From the NCBI RefSeq assembly GCF_006345805.1, contig NC_043021.1:8184001-8248000 (forward strand): a stretch of DNA of 64,000 bases, read 5' to 3'. Below, one piece after another: positions 23,295 through 36,585 of the stretch (positions within the stretch are counted from its first letter, which is position 1; each line of letters begins with the position of its first letter). Under the pieces are notes generated by a model. It was not told where the DNA came from. It made no database searches and saw nothing but the letters and a program-made list of their open reading frames with translations. The DNA comes from Octopus sinensis. Its lineage: Eukaryota. A program made the position numbers and the translations under genes.

Positions 23295-24599
23295 TTAATG
23301 TCTAAAATGGATAAATAGTTATCAGTGGCAACTTGGTTACGAAATGGAAACTGCTTCAGAGCCAAATATGTGAATCAAGCTTAAAATTCAGCAATCGAAC
23401 ATCTTGTTCGATTCATAAACTTTCCTGTAAAGTGTGAAAAGTGGAATGTGCCAAGCGAGAAACGAAATTGGACCAGCACCAAGTTTCTGTAATAATAATT
23501 ACATCAATTCTTTTAGTGAATTCCTATCACATCTAAGATATTAGGAACCAACTTCATTACTTAACTGATATTTTATTGATCTTAAAAACAAAAATGGTGA
23601 CTTGTGAATTTGACACCAGTATCATTTTCATAGTGTTGGTAGAATATCAACACCACTGTGCAGATAATGTTGTGCCCATGGCAACACTGGGAAAGATAGA
23701 GATACTAATTATCAAGGCCTGTCAGGTCAATTTCTTTTTCTGTGATTGATCTCTGGAGTGCTTCAATTGCTTTGTGTAAAAAAGATCATAACAGGCAGCA
23801 GTACTCAAGGTGAGCATTGACAAATGTAAAGCCAAAAAAAATGGATCCATGAGCATATTCTGCAGGCCAAATTAAGTATATTGTTGATGGGGTGTACTCC
23901 CACTTAGACTGCTTTTCAATGCCATTTAAGCCTAATACAATTTGATGCTACAAGGAAGGGAGGAGAATATGGCTGTTAAAAGTATATTCCCTTTTTGAAA
24001 GCTTGAGTTTTTCCTAGTTTAGCAGCATGTGTTTTACCTGTGGAATCACCGAACCCCAAGATCAGATTGGAGATTTTGCTTTGTCACAAACTCTGTTGAC
24101 TTTCTAGAGTTAGAGTCATATGCAAAGATTAAAAATCATTTTTTCTCTTTCTTTTATTTGACGATGTTTGCAATGTCATTCATATGACAAGATAAACAGA
24201 GGTGAGCCAACATAGCACAGATTTAGCAAGGTCTTGAGAGCAAAATTTCTGTTGGTTACATAACGGGTTCAGTTTGTCAGGAAATATCTGCTGCAGTAGC
24301 TTAATTTCTTCAGTTGTGGTTGACTGTCAAAAACTTTACTTTGCATTGTTGCCCTCGGTCAAAACATTTAAGATGCCGTCAAATTAGTAGAGGAGTTGAC
24401 AGGAAATCTGTCACTATAAAAACCATGCTAGTTGACATCTAAGTTAAAAAAATTTCTTTTTAAAGGAAGATAGTTTAAAAAGGCTCTAACAAACTGTGTT
24501 GAACTCCATTGTATACAAGGTTTAGCATAGGTCTCTACAGTTGAATGCCCTTCCTAATGCTGACCATGTGTACTGGGTATTTTTCTTTTTCCTGGCACA

Positions 24600-25250
24600 G
24601 GCACAAATGAGGTCAAAAATAACACAAAAGACAGCCTTAACTGGGTGGTTGTGGGCTTTTAAGGGAGGTGGGTTCATGTCACATGTTGAGAGGCTAAAGC
24701 AGGGTAGAAACAGGTGTCTTGCTATGGAGGGGATGCATGGCTACCCCAGCTGGAGAGAAAGAAAAAAATAGTGGTGATGGGGTGTTAGGGTTTTATACAA
24801 TCTGAATAAAAGAATAGAACAGGAGATGGGCCAGTGGCTAGTTTTTATGAATGTGAAAGGGGGGGAGGAAGATAGCTGGTTGAGATGTGGAAAAGTGAAT
24901 TCAGTGAATAGGGAGCATGGGTATCCATTGGTGAATATTAGTTTGTGGGGTAGAAAGGTGAAGAGAATAGGAGAGTGTCGGTCAGAAAGGTAGCAATAAA
25001 AAAAAAAAATATGGAATAGGGTAGCAGTATAATAAAATCGTAGATCGAGGAGAAATAGGGATACGAATGTAAAATAGAGTTGGAGGTAGATGAGAGTGGG
25101 GTGCACAGTGACATATGTAGAGGTTGATATAGTGAGGGATGTATATGTATAAAGGTTGGGGAGGGCGCCGATGGTAGATACAAGAGGGTGTTCAGTGGTA
25201 AATTAAGATGCCGCGGACGCGGGACAGGTGACAAAGGGTATTAATTCCAA
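24600..25250 (-). mobile_element. Very decayed LINE RT fragment
   Basis: HWPISCSILLFRLYKTL resembles the WGxSxxxLxxLYKT post-RT motif. Confidence 0.35.
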
Positions 25251-26626
25251 GGAGAGAGAGAGAGAACTGGTAGTACAAAACAGGAACGGACTCTGTAGTT
25301 CTGCTCTCATAATAACAGAAGCTGAGTAAATAGTGCTGTGGTTAATAAGAGCGATGGAGGGGTATGAATTGTAAAGGTCTGAAGGAGACAGATTTGGTGC
25401 AGAGGAAGACATAAATGAGATTATATCAAGAATATATTTTAACATCTATATGCTTAGGAGGAGATTTCTTAAAGCTAAATCTATTAAATTTTTCAGATTT
25501 TTGTTTTGAACAAACATTAAAAAATCTGCGTAATTTTCTCACCCTCCCCCACTTAATTATTAATCAGAAACTAATTAGCGTCAAGGGATTTTGCAGCTGT
25601 TTATCATTTTGTTTGAATCTAAATTGCAGAAATGTTATAATAAAATATTAGAAGTGTATTTCCATTGTAATTACGTTCTCATCCTAATGGTGAGACAGTA
25701 TTTTTTTTAATTTTCAGAAAGCAAAACAGTACAATATCAAATACTTTATTGAATACATACATACATTGCTTTTTCTATTTTGTAAGACATTACAATATAT
25801 TCATGTTCGTCATCCATGTAATTAACATAAATATATTGGTGGAATTCTGGTCTAAAGCATCCCATATAACCCCTCATAGTTTTATTTTTTGAATTTTCAG
25901 AAAAAAAAAAAAAAAATATCAATACATGTCAGAGTGATAAAGAAACAAGGAAGGTTTGTCGAGGTTGTAAGATGTGCTGAAATTAACAGCCAAATCGCTC
26001 TTAAATTACACCAAAAGTTTTTTTTTTTTCCTTCATAATTGTATGAATTCCCGTTCGTAGGGCATAAATTCGCAAAAACTTTCTGAAAATGCCCCAAAAT
26101 AAAAAAGTTATGAGGTGTTACATGGGGTGTTTAAACCAGAATGCTGCATTTTCAAAATTGGTTCGAGATTCCTAATTAATTATTAACACAATTTAGGTTG
26201 TAAAAAAAGAAAAAAAAAAATTAGCAGGAAATTTTTTTTAGCAGACTCAACGTCAATATTAAAAACATAAATCCCCCCCAAAAAAGAAATAAAGTGGCTA
26301 TTAATGGAATGCATATAGGGTAGAAACGGAATACTTGATTAATTTCTTTATAATGTAGGGACCAACACAAAAGATCTAAAAATGGTTGGGAAAAGGCAAG
26401 TGCGTGGTGGTGGTGGTCGTGCTTCATAAAGGAGGAAGGGGTTAATTTTTCTTTTTAGCAATCCTTATACAAATTTTAGGAATAAAATTCTGAAATTTTT
26501 TTCCTAAAATTTGGCTTTACTCCCCATTTCTATATTCCTTTTTTTTTCTCCCTCCACGAGGACAGGCTATTGCAAATCTGTCAAGCGTGCGGAAAGATTC
26601 CCGGTGTTTTCTCTGGTGCGAGAGAA

Positions 26627-26646
26627 GGAACTATCTGGAACATTCT
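26627..26646. promoter_or_regulatory. Candidate heat-shock element (HSF1 site), probable HSP90 promoter region
   Basis: gGAAc-tATCt-gGAAc-aTTCt is four in-phase nGAAn inverted units with one mismatch. It lies in a locally CpG-richer patch (26555-26620) upstream of HSP90. Confidence 0.5.
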
Positions 26647-27174
26647 ACACTGTGCTGAAAAAATACAACAGCTTATAGATTCACATTGGTAAATATTTAT
26701 AATACATTTAAATGTATTTAATTAAAAACATGATACATAGAAATAAAAATAAAAATTAGAAAAAGGATAGATCAATTTCATTCATTGTTAGATAAATGGC
26801 CACTGAAGAATTTATATTGCAAACCTTTTCTATAGAAGAGGAAAATATTGATAAAGGAACAAATAATAGAATTATTGAGACACATACCTTGGATGATGAG
26901 AAAAATCTGATAAATTTTACAAGCTAATATGAGAGGTGTTGTACACAGACAGAAGTATTTCTGCTGCTGAATCGGCCTCTTCGCTCTCAGTGAGTGAGAA
27001 AGAACTACTACAACACGTGGTGAGGGAAGTTAGTAGCGGCGAGCAATTATATATACATACACACACACACACATATACATACATACATATACATACACAT
27101 ATAGGCAGGCAGAGCCAACTGAAGGGCCATAACTCCGTTAATAGAGATTGCTGTTATAGTCTTTCTTCTTTTTT

Positions 27175-28180
27175 TTCTTTGTTTCAGTCATTTGTCTGCG
27201 GCCATGCTGGAGCATCGCCTTTAGTCGAGCAAAATCGACCCCCAGGACTTATTCTTTGTAAGCCTAGTACTTATTCTATCGGTCTCTCTTGCCGAACCGC
27301 TAAGTAACGGGTTCGTAAACACACCAGCATCGGTTGTCAAGCGATATTGGGGGGACAAACACAGACACACAAACACACACACATATATATAGTAGAAGAC
27401 ACTTGCCCAAGGTGCCACGCAGTGGGACTGAACCCGGAACCATGTGCTTGGTAAGCAGGCTACTTACCACACAGCCACTCCTGCGCCTGTCATAGATTTT
27501 TTTAAAAAAAACATTTTAATACCGATAAACACCTTCAGTCATTTGTCTGCGGCCATGCTGGAGCACTGCCTTTAGTCGAGCAAATCGACCCCCAGGACTT
27601 ATTCTTTGTAAGCCTAGTACTTATTCTATCGGTCTCTCCTGCCGAATCGCTAAGTAACGGGGACGTAAACACACCAGCATCGGTTGTCAAGCGATATTGG
27701 GGGGACAAACACAGACACACAAGCATATACACACAAACACACACACACATATATATTTCTTTACTGCCCAGAAGGGGCTAAACATAGAGGGGACAAACAA
27801 GGACAGACGAAGGAATTGAGTCGATTATATCGCCCCCGTAGTGCGAAACTGGTACTTTATTTATCGACCTCGAAAGGATGAAAGGCAAAGTTGACCTCGG
27901 CGGAATTTGAACTCAGAACGTAACGACAGACGAAATACCGCTAAGCATTTCGCCGGCGCGCTAACGTGTCTGCCAGCTCATATATATATATATATATATA
28001 TGGGCAAGTGTCTTCTACTATATATATATATATACATAGTAGAAGACACTTGCCCAAGGTGCCACGCAGTGGGACTGAACCCGGAATCATGTGCTTGGTA
28101 AGCAGGCTACTTACCACACAGTCACTCCTGTGCCTATGTCATAGATTTAAAAAAAAAAACATTTTAATACCGATAAAGAC
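27175..28180 (-). repeat. Locally duplicated SINE-A plus flank; second copy carries a SINE-C insertion (about 27760-27979)
   Basis: Flank TCATAGATTT...AAACATTTTAATACCGATAAA follows both copies (about 27489 and 28139). Confidence 0.8.
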
Positions 28181-28792
28181 CAGTGGTTCTTAACTATTTT
28201 TTTTTTTTGCCTGTGGACCCCTTTGATCCCTATTTTACTCAACTAGATCTAAACACACGTATAAACACACTCATATACATATGCACATACATATATATAC
28301 TTATATACACACAATGATATATTCAAAAGACATGTATAAACACACTCACATACATACATACATACGTATATACATACATACATACATACAATGATATATA
28401 TTCATTTATATGCACACAACTACACGCATAAACATATGTATAAATACAGTCACATACATACATATACATATATACTTATATACACACAATGATATATTCA
28501 GTCATGCACAAGTATACACACATAAACACATGGTGTGTTTGCGTCCCCGTAACTTAGTGGTTCGGCAAAAGAGACAGATAGAATAAGTACTAGGCTTACA
28601 AAGAATAAGTCCTGGGGTGGATTTGCTCGACTAAAGGCGGTGCTCCAGCATGGCTGCAGTCAAATGACTGAAACAAGTACAAGAGTACTAAGCTTTGTGG
28701 GAGATTTGCATTCAAATTGCCTGCAATAATCTCAGTTGTAGAGACACTCATCATGAAGCTGGTGGTTGATTAACCAATACAGACCATAGGTT

Positions 28793-29177
28793 GTGGAGGC
28801 GCAATGGCCCAGTTGTTAGGGCAGCGGACTCACGGTCATAGGATTGCGGTTTCGATTCCCAGACCGGGCGTTGTGAGTGTTTATTGAGCGAAAACACCTA
28901 AAAGCTCCACGGGGCTCCGGCAGGGGATGGTGATGATCCCTGCTGAACTCTTTCACCACAACTTTCTCTCACTCTTACTTCCTGTTTCTGCTGTACCTGT
29001 ATTTCAAGGGGCCGGCCTTATCACTCTCTGTGTCATGCTGAATATCCCCGAGAACTACGTTAAGGGTGTACGTGTCTGTGGAGTGCTCAGCCACTTACAC
29101 GTTAATTTCACGAGCAGGTTGTTCCGTTGATCGGATCAACCGGAACCCTCGTCGTCGTAACTGATGGAGTGCTCTCG
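28793..29177 (+). mobile_element. SINE-B
   Basis: 12-bp TSD ACAGACCATAGG. Confidence 0.93.
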
Positions 29178-29199
29178 ACAGACCATAGGCTGGAACCCT

Positions 29200-30345
29200 T
29201 TCCAAACACCAACTCAACCCATAGCAATTATGTAGAGTATTTTTGGCACACACTGACCAGCCCAAAACAATTCCAAGAATACTTGCAATCATTCAGTGTA
29301 TGAGCTATCATATCTCTAAGAATTCCATTGTGATGTTCAGCCACATTACTACTTCAGGGATTTTGTGCTGCAGTAGTTCTTGCAATGACATTTAAATTCC
29401 GACACATATCTTGAAGTGCTGGTTGTCAAATTTCCTTCCATTGTCAGAAAAGTTTTTCAATGGATCACAGTATTCATTCTATTACCAAGGATGACTAATC
29501 TGCCAGTGCAATTTTGTTGCAATTTTCATCTTTTTCTCATCAGTTTTATTGCTAATCTCTTTGACAAATAAAACTTTACATCTCTCACTAACTGTTGACC
29601 AATGTCTAAGTAACAGGCACATAATAGATACCTGAAAAAATAGCATCCAGTTTCAGTTCCCTTACCAAAATGCAAATGGTTTTGTTTTTAGAATTCAATA
29701 TTGCTTTTGCTCTCTTCATTGCAGACTTACTCATTAGCAAGGGTATATTTGCATCTGCAATATCAGCATTGATATCAGCTTTAGCGTTATATATTACACA
29801 AGGATGAAAACATCAACCCTTTAACCTTAACACCTTGTAAATAAAATCTTACCTTCTCTCAAACGGCTTGTCATCATTCATTTATATTCTGTTGGCACTG
29901 TATTGTATAAATTGTATTATGGCTTATCTTATTTCGTTAGGGATGTGACCGTGTGGCTTACCTATGTCACCAACCTCCTCACATACAGTCGTATTCCTAC
30001 ACATATTTTTGCTTTTCCCAACTCATTTTCTACTCTACTTAATGAAGAAAATTTTCTACAAAACAATCAAACCAATTTAAACCATCAACTGCAGCAACAG
30101 TTCCTGAATTATATCCATACAACCAATAGTTTCATGTTTGGCATCAATAAACTGTCTTTGGAATCATTGTTATTGTAAGTTACAAAAACAATGTTCCTAT
30201 GTCATATCTTTGTTCCATATTTTTCCTGTTACAATCTCTGATCCAGTGACATAGAATCACATATATTGCATGTTGGAGTTCTACCACCAGGACATGGTGG
30301 ATTTGGTCCAGTTGAAGAATTTGATGAAGATGTCTACGAGCGTGA
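29200..30345 (-). mobile_element. Copia-like (GalEa-type) LTR retrotransposon relic: gag knuckle, protease, integrase
   Basis: CNICDSMxHWIRDC knuckle (30225-30270), IPLLMSKSAMKRAK, integrase SDNGRKFDNQHFQDMCRNLNVIARTTAA and GWSVCAKNTL; integrase follows protease directly. Confidence 0.7.
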
Positions 30346-30679
30346 TCATTACCAGTGTCGCCTTACTGGCACATGAAAAACATTCGAGTGAGGTCGTTGC
30401 AAGTGCTGCTGGACTGGCTCCTGTGCAGGAGGCACATAAAAAACACTATTTGAGTATGGCTGTTGCCAGTACTGCCTGACTGGCCCCCGTGCTGGTGGCA
30501 TGTAAAAGCACCCACTACACTCTCGGAGTGGTTGGCGTTAGGAAGGTCATCCAGCTGAAGAAACTCTGCCAGATCAAGATTGGAGCCTGGTGCAGCCATC
30601 TGGTTCGCCAGCCCTCAGTCAAATCGTCCAACCCATGCTAGCATGGAAAGCGGACGTTAAACGATGATGATGATGATGA
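30346..30679 (+). mobile_element. Family D repeat
   Basis: Family match, (GAT)n tail. Confidence 0.85.
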
Positions 30680-31425
30680 AGATTGTTCATCTGCCCACAT
30701 AACCATGGTTGCCATCTTCCCCAATAAAATAAAACAAAACAAAATCCTTCTTAAGCTATATATAATATGCAAGCTCAAAGAACAATAACTCATGAAAACA
30801 ATATACAATATTGGCTTCAAATTTTGGTACAAGGCCAGCAATTTCGAGAGAGGGGGCCAAGTCGATTCCATTGACCCCAGTGCTCAACTGGTGCTTATTT
30901 TATCAACCACAAAAGGATGAAAGACAGAATCGACCCTGGTGGAATTTGAACTCAGAATGTAAAGACAGACAAAATCCTGCCAAGCATTTTATCCTTTCTA
31001 CTAAAATTTAGTGGATGGGGACTAGCCGATTACATCGACCCCAGTGCTTTACTGGTACTTAATTTATCGACCCCAAAAGGATGAAAGGCAAAGTTAGCCT
31101 TGGCGGAATTTGAACTCAGAACGTAATGACAGACGAGGTACCACTAAGCGTTTCACCTGGCGTGCTAACAAATCTGCCAGCTTGCTGCCTTGCCAGGGGC
31201 ATTTTGTCCGCCACAGTAATGATTCTGCTAGTTCACTGCCTTATAACAATATACAATATTAACAATCAACATCATCATCATCATTACCACTATCATTAAG
31301 TCCACATCTCCCCATTTGCATGGGTTGGACAAGTCAACTTCAGCACATCTCCCCACTTGTTTCTGGTCCTTCATAATCTCTTTGTGGGCCCAGCATCTTA
31401 TATCAGTTTGATAAAGAATGTAAAT

Positions 31426-31450
31426 TATATATATATATATATATAATAAT

Positions 31451-31484
<34 letters not shown>

Positions 31485-31565
31485 TAAATATATATATATA
31501 TATATATAATATATATATATTATATAATATATATATATATATATAAATATATATATATATAATAG

Positions 31566-31596
<31 letters not shown>

Positions 31597-31931
31597 TATA
31601 TATATTTATATATATATATTTATATATATATATATATATATAATATATATATATATATATAAATATTATATATATATATAAATATATATATATTATATAA
31701 TATATATATATATATAAATATATATAAATATTATATATATATATATATATAAATAATATATATATATATATAATATATATATATAAAATATATATATATT
31801 ATATATATATATATATCTATATATAAATATATATATAAATATATATAATATATATTATATAAATATAAATATATATATATATAAATATATAATATATAAT
31901 ATATATTATATATAAATATATAAATATATAT

Positions 31932-31984
<53 letters not shown>

Positions 31985-32005
31985 AATATATATATATAGA
32001 TATAT

Positions 32006-32037
<32 letters not shown>

Positions 32038-32333
32038 TATAATATAAATATATATATAAATATATATATATATATAAATTATATATATATATATAACTAT
32101 ATATATATATAAATATAATATATATTATAAATATATATATATAAATAATATATATATAAATATATATATAAATATATATATATCTATAAATATATATATA
32201 TATAAATATATATATAAATATATATATATATATAAATATATATATATATAAATATATATATAACTATATATATTATATAATATATATATATATAGATAAT
32301 ATATATATATAAATATATATATATATAGAATAT

Positions 32334-32386
<53 letters not shown>

Positions 32387-32397
32387 TATATATATAT

Positions 32398-32444
<47 letters not shown>

Positions 32445-32491
32445 AATATATATATCTATATATATATAAATATAATATATAAATATATATA

Positions 32492-32542
<51 letters not shown>

Positions 32543-32552
32543 AATATATATA

Positions 32553-32615
<63 letters not shown>

Positions 32616-32635
32616 TATATATATATATATAATAT

Positions 32636-32670
<35 letters not shown>

Positions 32671-32674
32671 ATAT

Positions 32675-32708
<34 letters not shown>

Positions 32709-32709
32709 A
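31426..32709. repeat. About 1.28 kb degenerate (TA)n microsatellite
   Basis: Almost pure AT dinucleotide repeat. Confidence 0.98.
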
Positions 32710-33542
32710 AAAGAAAAGAAAGAAGCTAAAACTAATATAAATCAAAGAAAAAAAAAAACACCATTGTTATATTTTTAAATATACATTCTTTAATTAAAGA
32801 TATACCAAATGAATTTATATTCAAAAAGACACAAAATATATTTCATAAAATTCTTTGAAGGTGTGCAAAGGTGAGAATATAAATGGTTTGCATTTGAGTG
32901 TGATAATGAAAAATAATTGTGTAAAAATGATAGGTATATATTTAGTTAGATGCTGACAAAGAGAAGCCTGTCTTTATTATTTATTTATTTAATGATAATT
33001 TTAAAATAAGAATAAAATTATTACATGATTTTTTTTCTTCTCAAACAGCTGAAAATACAATTATATACATTCTTTGATTAATTCTTTGGCATTTCTGAGT
33101 TCAGAACCATAAAGTTTGAATCTCCAAGATGGATTCTTGGAAGCAGATCATTTTAATGCAGAAGATGTCAGAATGAATAACAAATAAGATCTTAGTAATT
33201 CTTTAAGAGAAAGACAAGAGAAAAACGTATATGTAGTTTTATGTACACACATAACTTTTTTTTAGATATATTTACATATTTTATTGTATGTGCCGTAGAT
33301 GAGACAGTTTTGACAGAAACGACAAAGAACATACAATTGAGTTTGGAATAAAATAAAATAATTTCTAAGATTCATTTGGATTCTACTAAATTAAAAGAAA
33401 AAAATATTTGTTTTCCGAATTCCTGAATTTACTTGGCTTAACAAGCCTTTTGTTTTGTCATGTATCATAATCCAAAAATTAAGAGAACACTAAATCAACA
33501 ATGCAGAGCTAGATTCATAATATTGTGATTCAAGTTTCTTCA

Positions 33543-34378
33543 TTAACTCTTTTGTTACCAACCCGGCTGAAACCAGCTCTGGTTTTGTAGTACAAATGTC
33601 TTGTTTTCATAAGTTCTGAATTAAAATCTTCCACCAAACCTTAGTCACAATTTATATTCCTAACACTAGCTTAACCCTTTCATTACCAACCCGGCTGAAA
33701 CTGGCTCTGATTTTGTAGAACAAATGTCTTGCTTTCATAAGTTTTGAATTAAAATCTTCCACCAAACCTTAGTCACAATTTATATTCCTAACACTAGCTT
33801 AACCCTTTCATTACCAACCCGGCTGAAACTGGCTCTGGCTCTGAGTACAAATGTCTTGTTTTCATAAGTTTTGAATTAAAACCTTTCACCAAACCTTAGT
33901 CACAATTTATATTCCTAACACTAGCTTAACCCTTTCGTTACCAACCCGGCTGAAACTGGCTCTGGCTCTGAGTACAAATGTCTTGTTTTCATAAGTTCTG
34001 AATTAAAATCTTCCACCAAACCTTAGTCACAATTTATATTCCTAACACTAGCTTAACTCTTTCATTACCAACCCGGCTGAAACTGGCTCTGGCTCTGAGT
34101 ACAAGTGTCTTGTTTTCATAAGTTTTGAATTAAAATCTTCCACCAAACCTTAGTCACAATATATGTTCCTAACACTAGCTGAATGATAACTAAGTTATTT
34201 TACTAAATTCTTTGTAAAATTTAAAGTAATTGAAAGAAACACAGAGCATTTCAAAATAAATAGAGTAACAAAAGGGTTAATGATAACTATGTTATTTTAC
34301 TACAGTCTTTGTTATATTTAAAGTAATTGAAAGAAACACAGAGCATCTCAAAATAAATACAGTAACAAAATGGTTAAA
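33543..34378. repeat. Tandem array of piggyBac-like MITE (family P1) halves
   Basis: TTAA-C(C/T)CTTT units start at 33543, 33671, 33799, 33926 and 34053 (127-128 bp period). The last unit is full to 34276 and is followed by a right half. Confidence 0.9.
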
Positions 34379-35161
34379 CTACTTTTATTATTTTTGTATG
34401 ATGGAATTACAGGTAATTATTTTATTATTTTTGTATGATGGAATTACAGGTAATTGTTTTTATGAGCTTTTGGAGGGATATTTACCACAAAAATATTGCA
34501 GTTCATTTTCTTGAAAAACTATAACTATCTCTACTGAATAAACTGAAGCTTTTTGTCCTCAAATAAGTATTAAAATGAAGATTGATCCAGTTATGTTATT
34601 TTTTACTTTTTGTTTTTTTAACTTGACACAAAACAAATGCCCGAATGACAGTGAACAGATAAACTTGAGTAATTTCCCCTTAAAATAAGGGTTTTTTTTT
34701 AATGATATTCATTGGTTTTGACATGTGATTAACTTTAAAGAATTATTTTGATCAGAGTTAAATTTATGACAACATTAAATATGCGCTTTGTTCAGTGCAA
34801 TGTAACAAGAAAACCAACATATATACTAGTCAGATCAAGTTTTGGTGGCAGTTTTTGCTATGCATATAAAAAAGGAGTTAGTCAAAATTAGTTGAAATTT
34901 TCATTTGGGAGATTCCTATAATCAAAAATATAAAAGCGAATGATTTTTTTATAAAATATTTTAGTTCAAGAAGGAAAAAAACAATACTTTTTAAAAACAT
35001 GAAAAATATTGTACAATAAAGTTTGAGTTAATAAACTGTACCAAAAAAGTATGGTTAAGAAGCTAAACAGTTTCACAACTGTGTGGTTTCGAGTTCCGTC
35101 CCACTGCATGGCACTTTAATCAAGCATCTTCAAACATAGCCTTCAACTGATTAAACGTTAA

Positions 35162-35788
35162 CTCTTTAGCATTTAAACCAGCCAGAATGTATTTCCTGTT
35201 ATGCATTCAAACTGGCCAGGTCCTGCCTTTTGCACCTACCCTACAATGTCAGTGTAAAATTAAACAATAATATCACCGAAAGCTCAAATCTGTGAGAAAA
35301 TGCATACTCTTTTACTTGTTTCAGTCATTTGACTGTGGCCATGCTGGAGCACCGCCTTTCGTCGAGCAAATCGACCCCGGGACTTATTCTTTGTAAGCCC
35401 AGTACTTATTCTATCGGTCTCTTTTGCCGAACCGCTAAGTAACGGGGACGCAAACACACCAGCATCGGTTGTCAAGCAATGCTAGGGGGACAAACACAAA
35501 CACACAAACATACACGCACACACATATATATATATACATATACATGACGGGCTTCTTTCAGTTTCCGTCTACCAAATCCACTCACAAGGCTTTGGTCGGC
35601 CCGAGGCTATAGTAGAAGACACTTGCCCAAGGTGCCACGCAGTGGGACTGAACCTGGAACCATGTGGTTGGTAAGCAAGCTACTTACCACACAGCCACTC
35701 CTGCGCCTAATGCTCCTGCATGCTTAATTTTTAAAAAAATGTGAATAGATAAGCATTACATTTGACAGATAATCTGAATGCTAAAGGG
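35162..35788. mobile_element. piggyBac-like MITE (family P2) interrupted by a SINE-A copy
   Basis: TTAA-CTCTTTAG start, CTAAAGGG-TTAA end; SINE at about 35307-35708. Confidence 0.75.
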
Positions 35789-36249
35789 TTAAAGTTTATG
35801 GGAGTAAAATTTGGTCGATGGGGACTTTGTGGAAGCTTGTTAGGAGTGGGTAAATGTTCTTGCTCTGTCACAAAGTTTAAAACCATACTCTGGCCATTGG
35901 TTGTCTTTAACAGAGTCTATTCTGCCATAAGAATATTTCTTTGTGGGTTTCGTGTCTGAAGAGAATTTCCCCCTTTCCTCTCACTGAAACCCCTAAAAAA
36001 AAGGTTAAAGGCACAACCATTACTCTTTAGAATAAGGCATAAAAAAATTATAAAATAATACAATAAGTCAATTGAAATGAATTCTGGAAATTCTATAATA
36101 AATTTAATATGCATAATTATTGCAAGTTAATTAATTTGATGATGTTAACTTGGTAAAAATTTTCGATGATGATCTTTGTGCAATTACAAAATTGATTTTA
36201 AAAACTCCTCTTCACAATTCTTATGACATTACAGACTGAAAGTTACTTT

Positions 36250-36254
<5 letters not shown>

Positions 36255-36286
<32 letters not shown>

Positions 36287-36585
36287 TAATAATAATGAAA
36301 TTATTGTATACAGTGCTTAGGTGCACTACAGCTTGTCAAAAGTGCATATAAAGCATATGCAGTAATGTACAAATGTCTGGGAAGTGAACAGTGTATGAGT
36401 CAGTTACATGCTGGCGTGTGTATGGAGGGGAGAAAAATCAGGTGTAGTGTTGGCGAATCTCAGGAAGCATGGAAGTTTTGAAGGATGCAGTGCTCCGACA
36501 ACTAACAACTGATGCCGGCAGTTTGTTCCATACTTCAGCAACTCTTAGTGTGAAAAAATGTTTCCGAAAGTCACGGGAAAGTCAT
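36255..36585 (-). mobile_element. CR1/L2-type LINE 3' end with (ATT)n tail
   Basis: DFRKHFFTLRVAEVWNKLPASVVSCRSTASFK stop, then 3' UTR and tail; a shorter copy lies at 40681-40750. Confidence 0.85.

Noticed and set aside
23480-24420. hAT-type transposase relic
   Set aside because: Only a vague LNLAC-like motif; too decayed to call.
33048-33230. Plus-strand exon continuing the putative divergent gene
   Set aside because: A good acceptor, but stops occur in the frames I read; no support for linking it.
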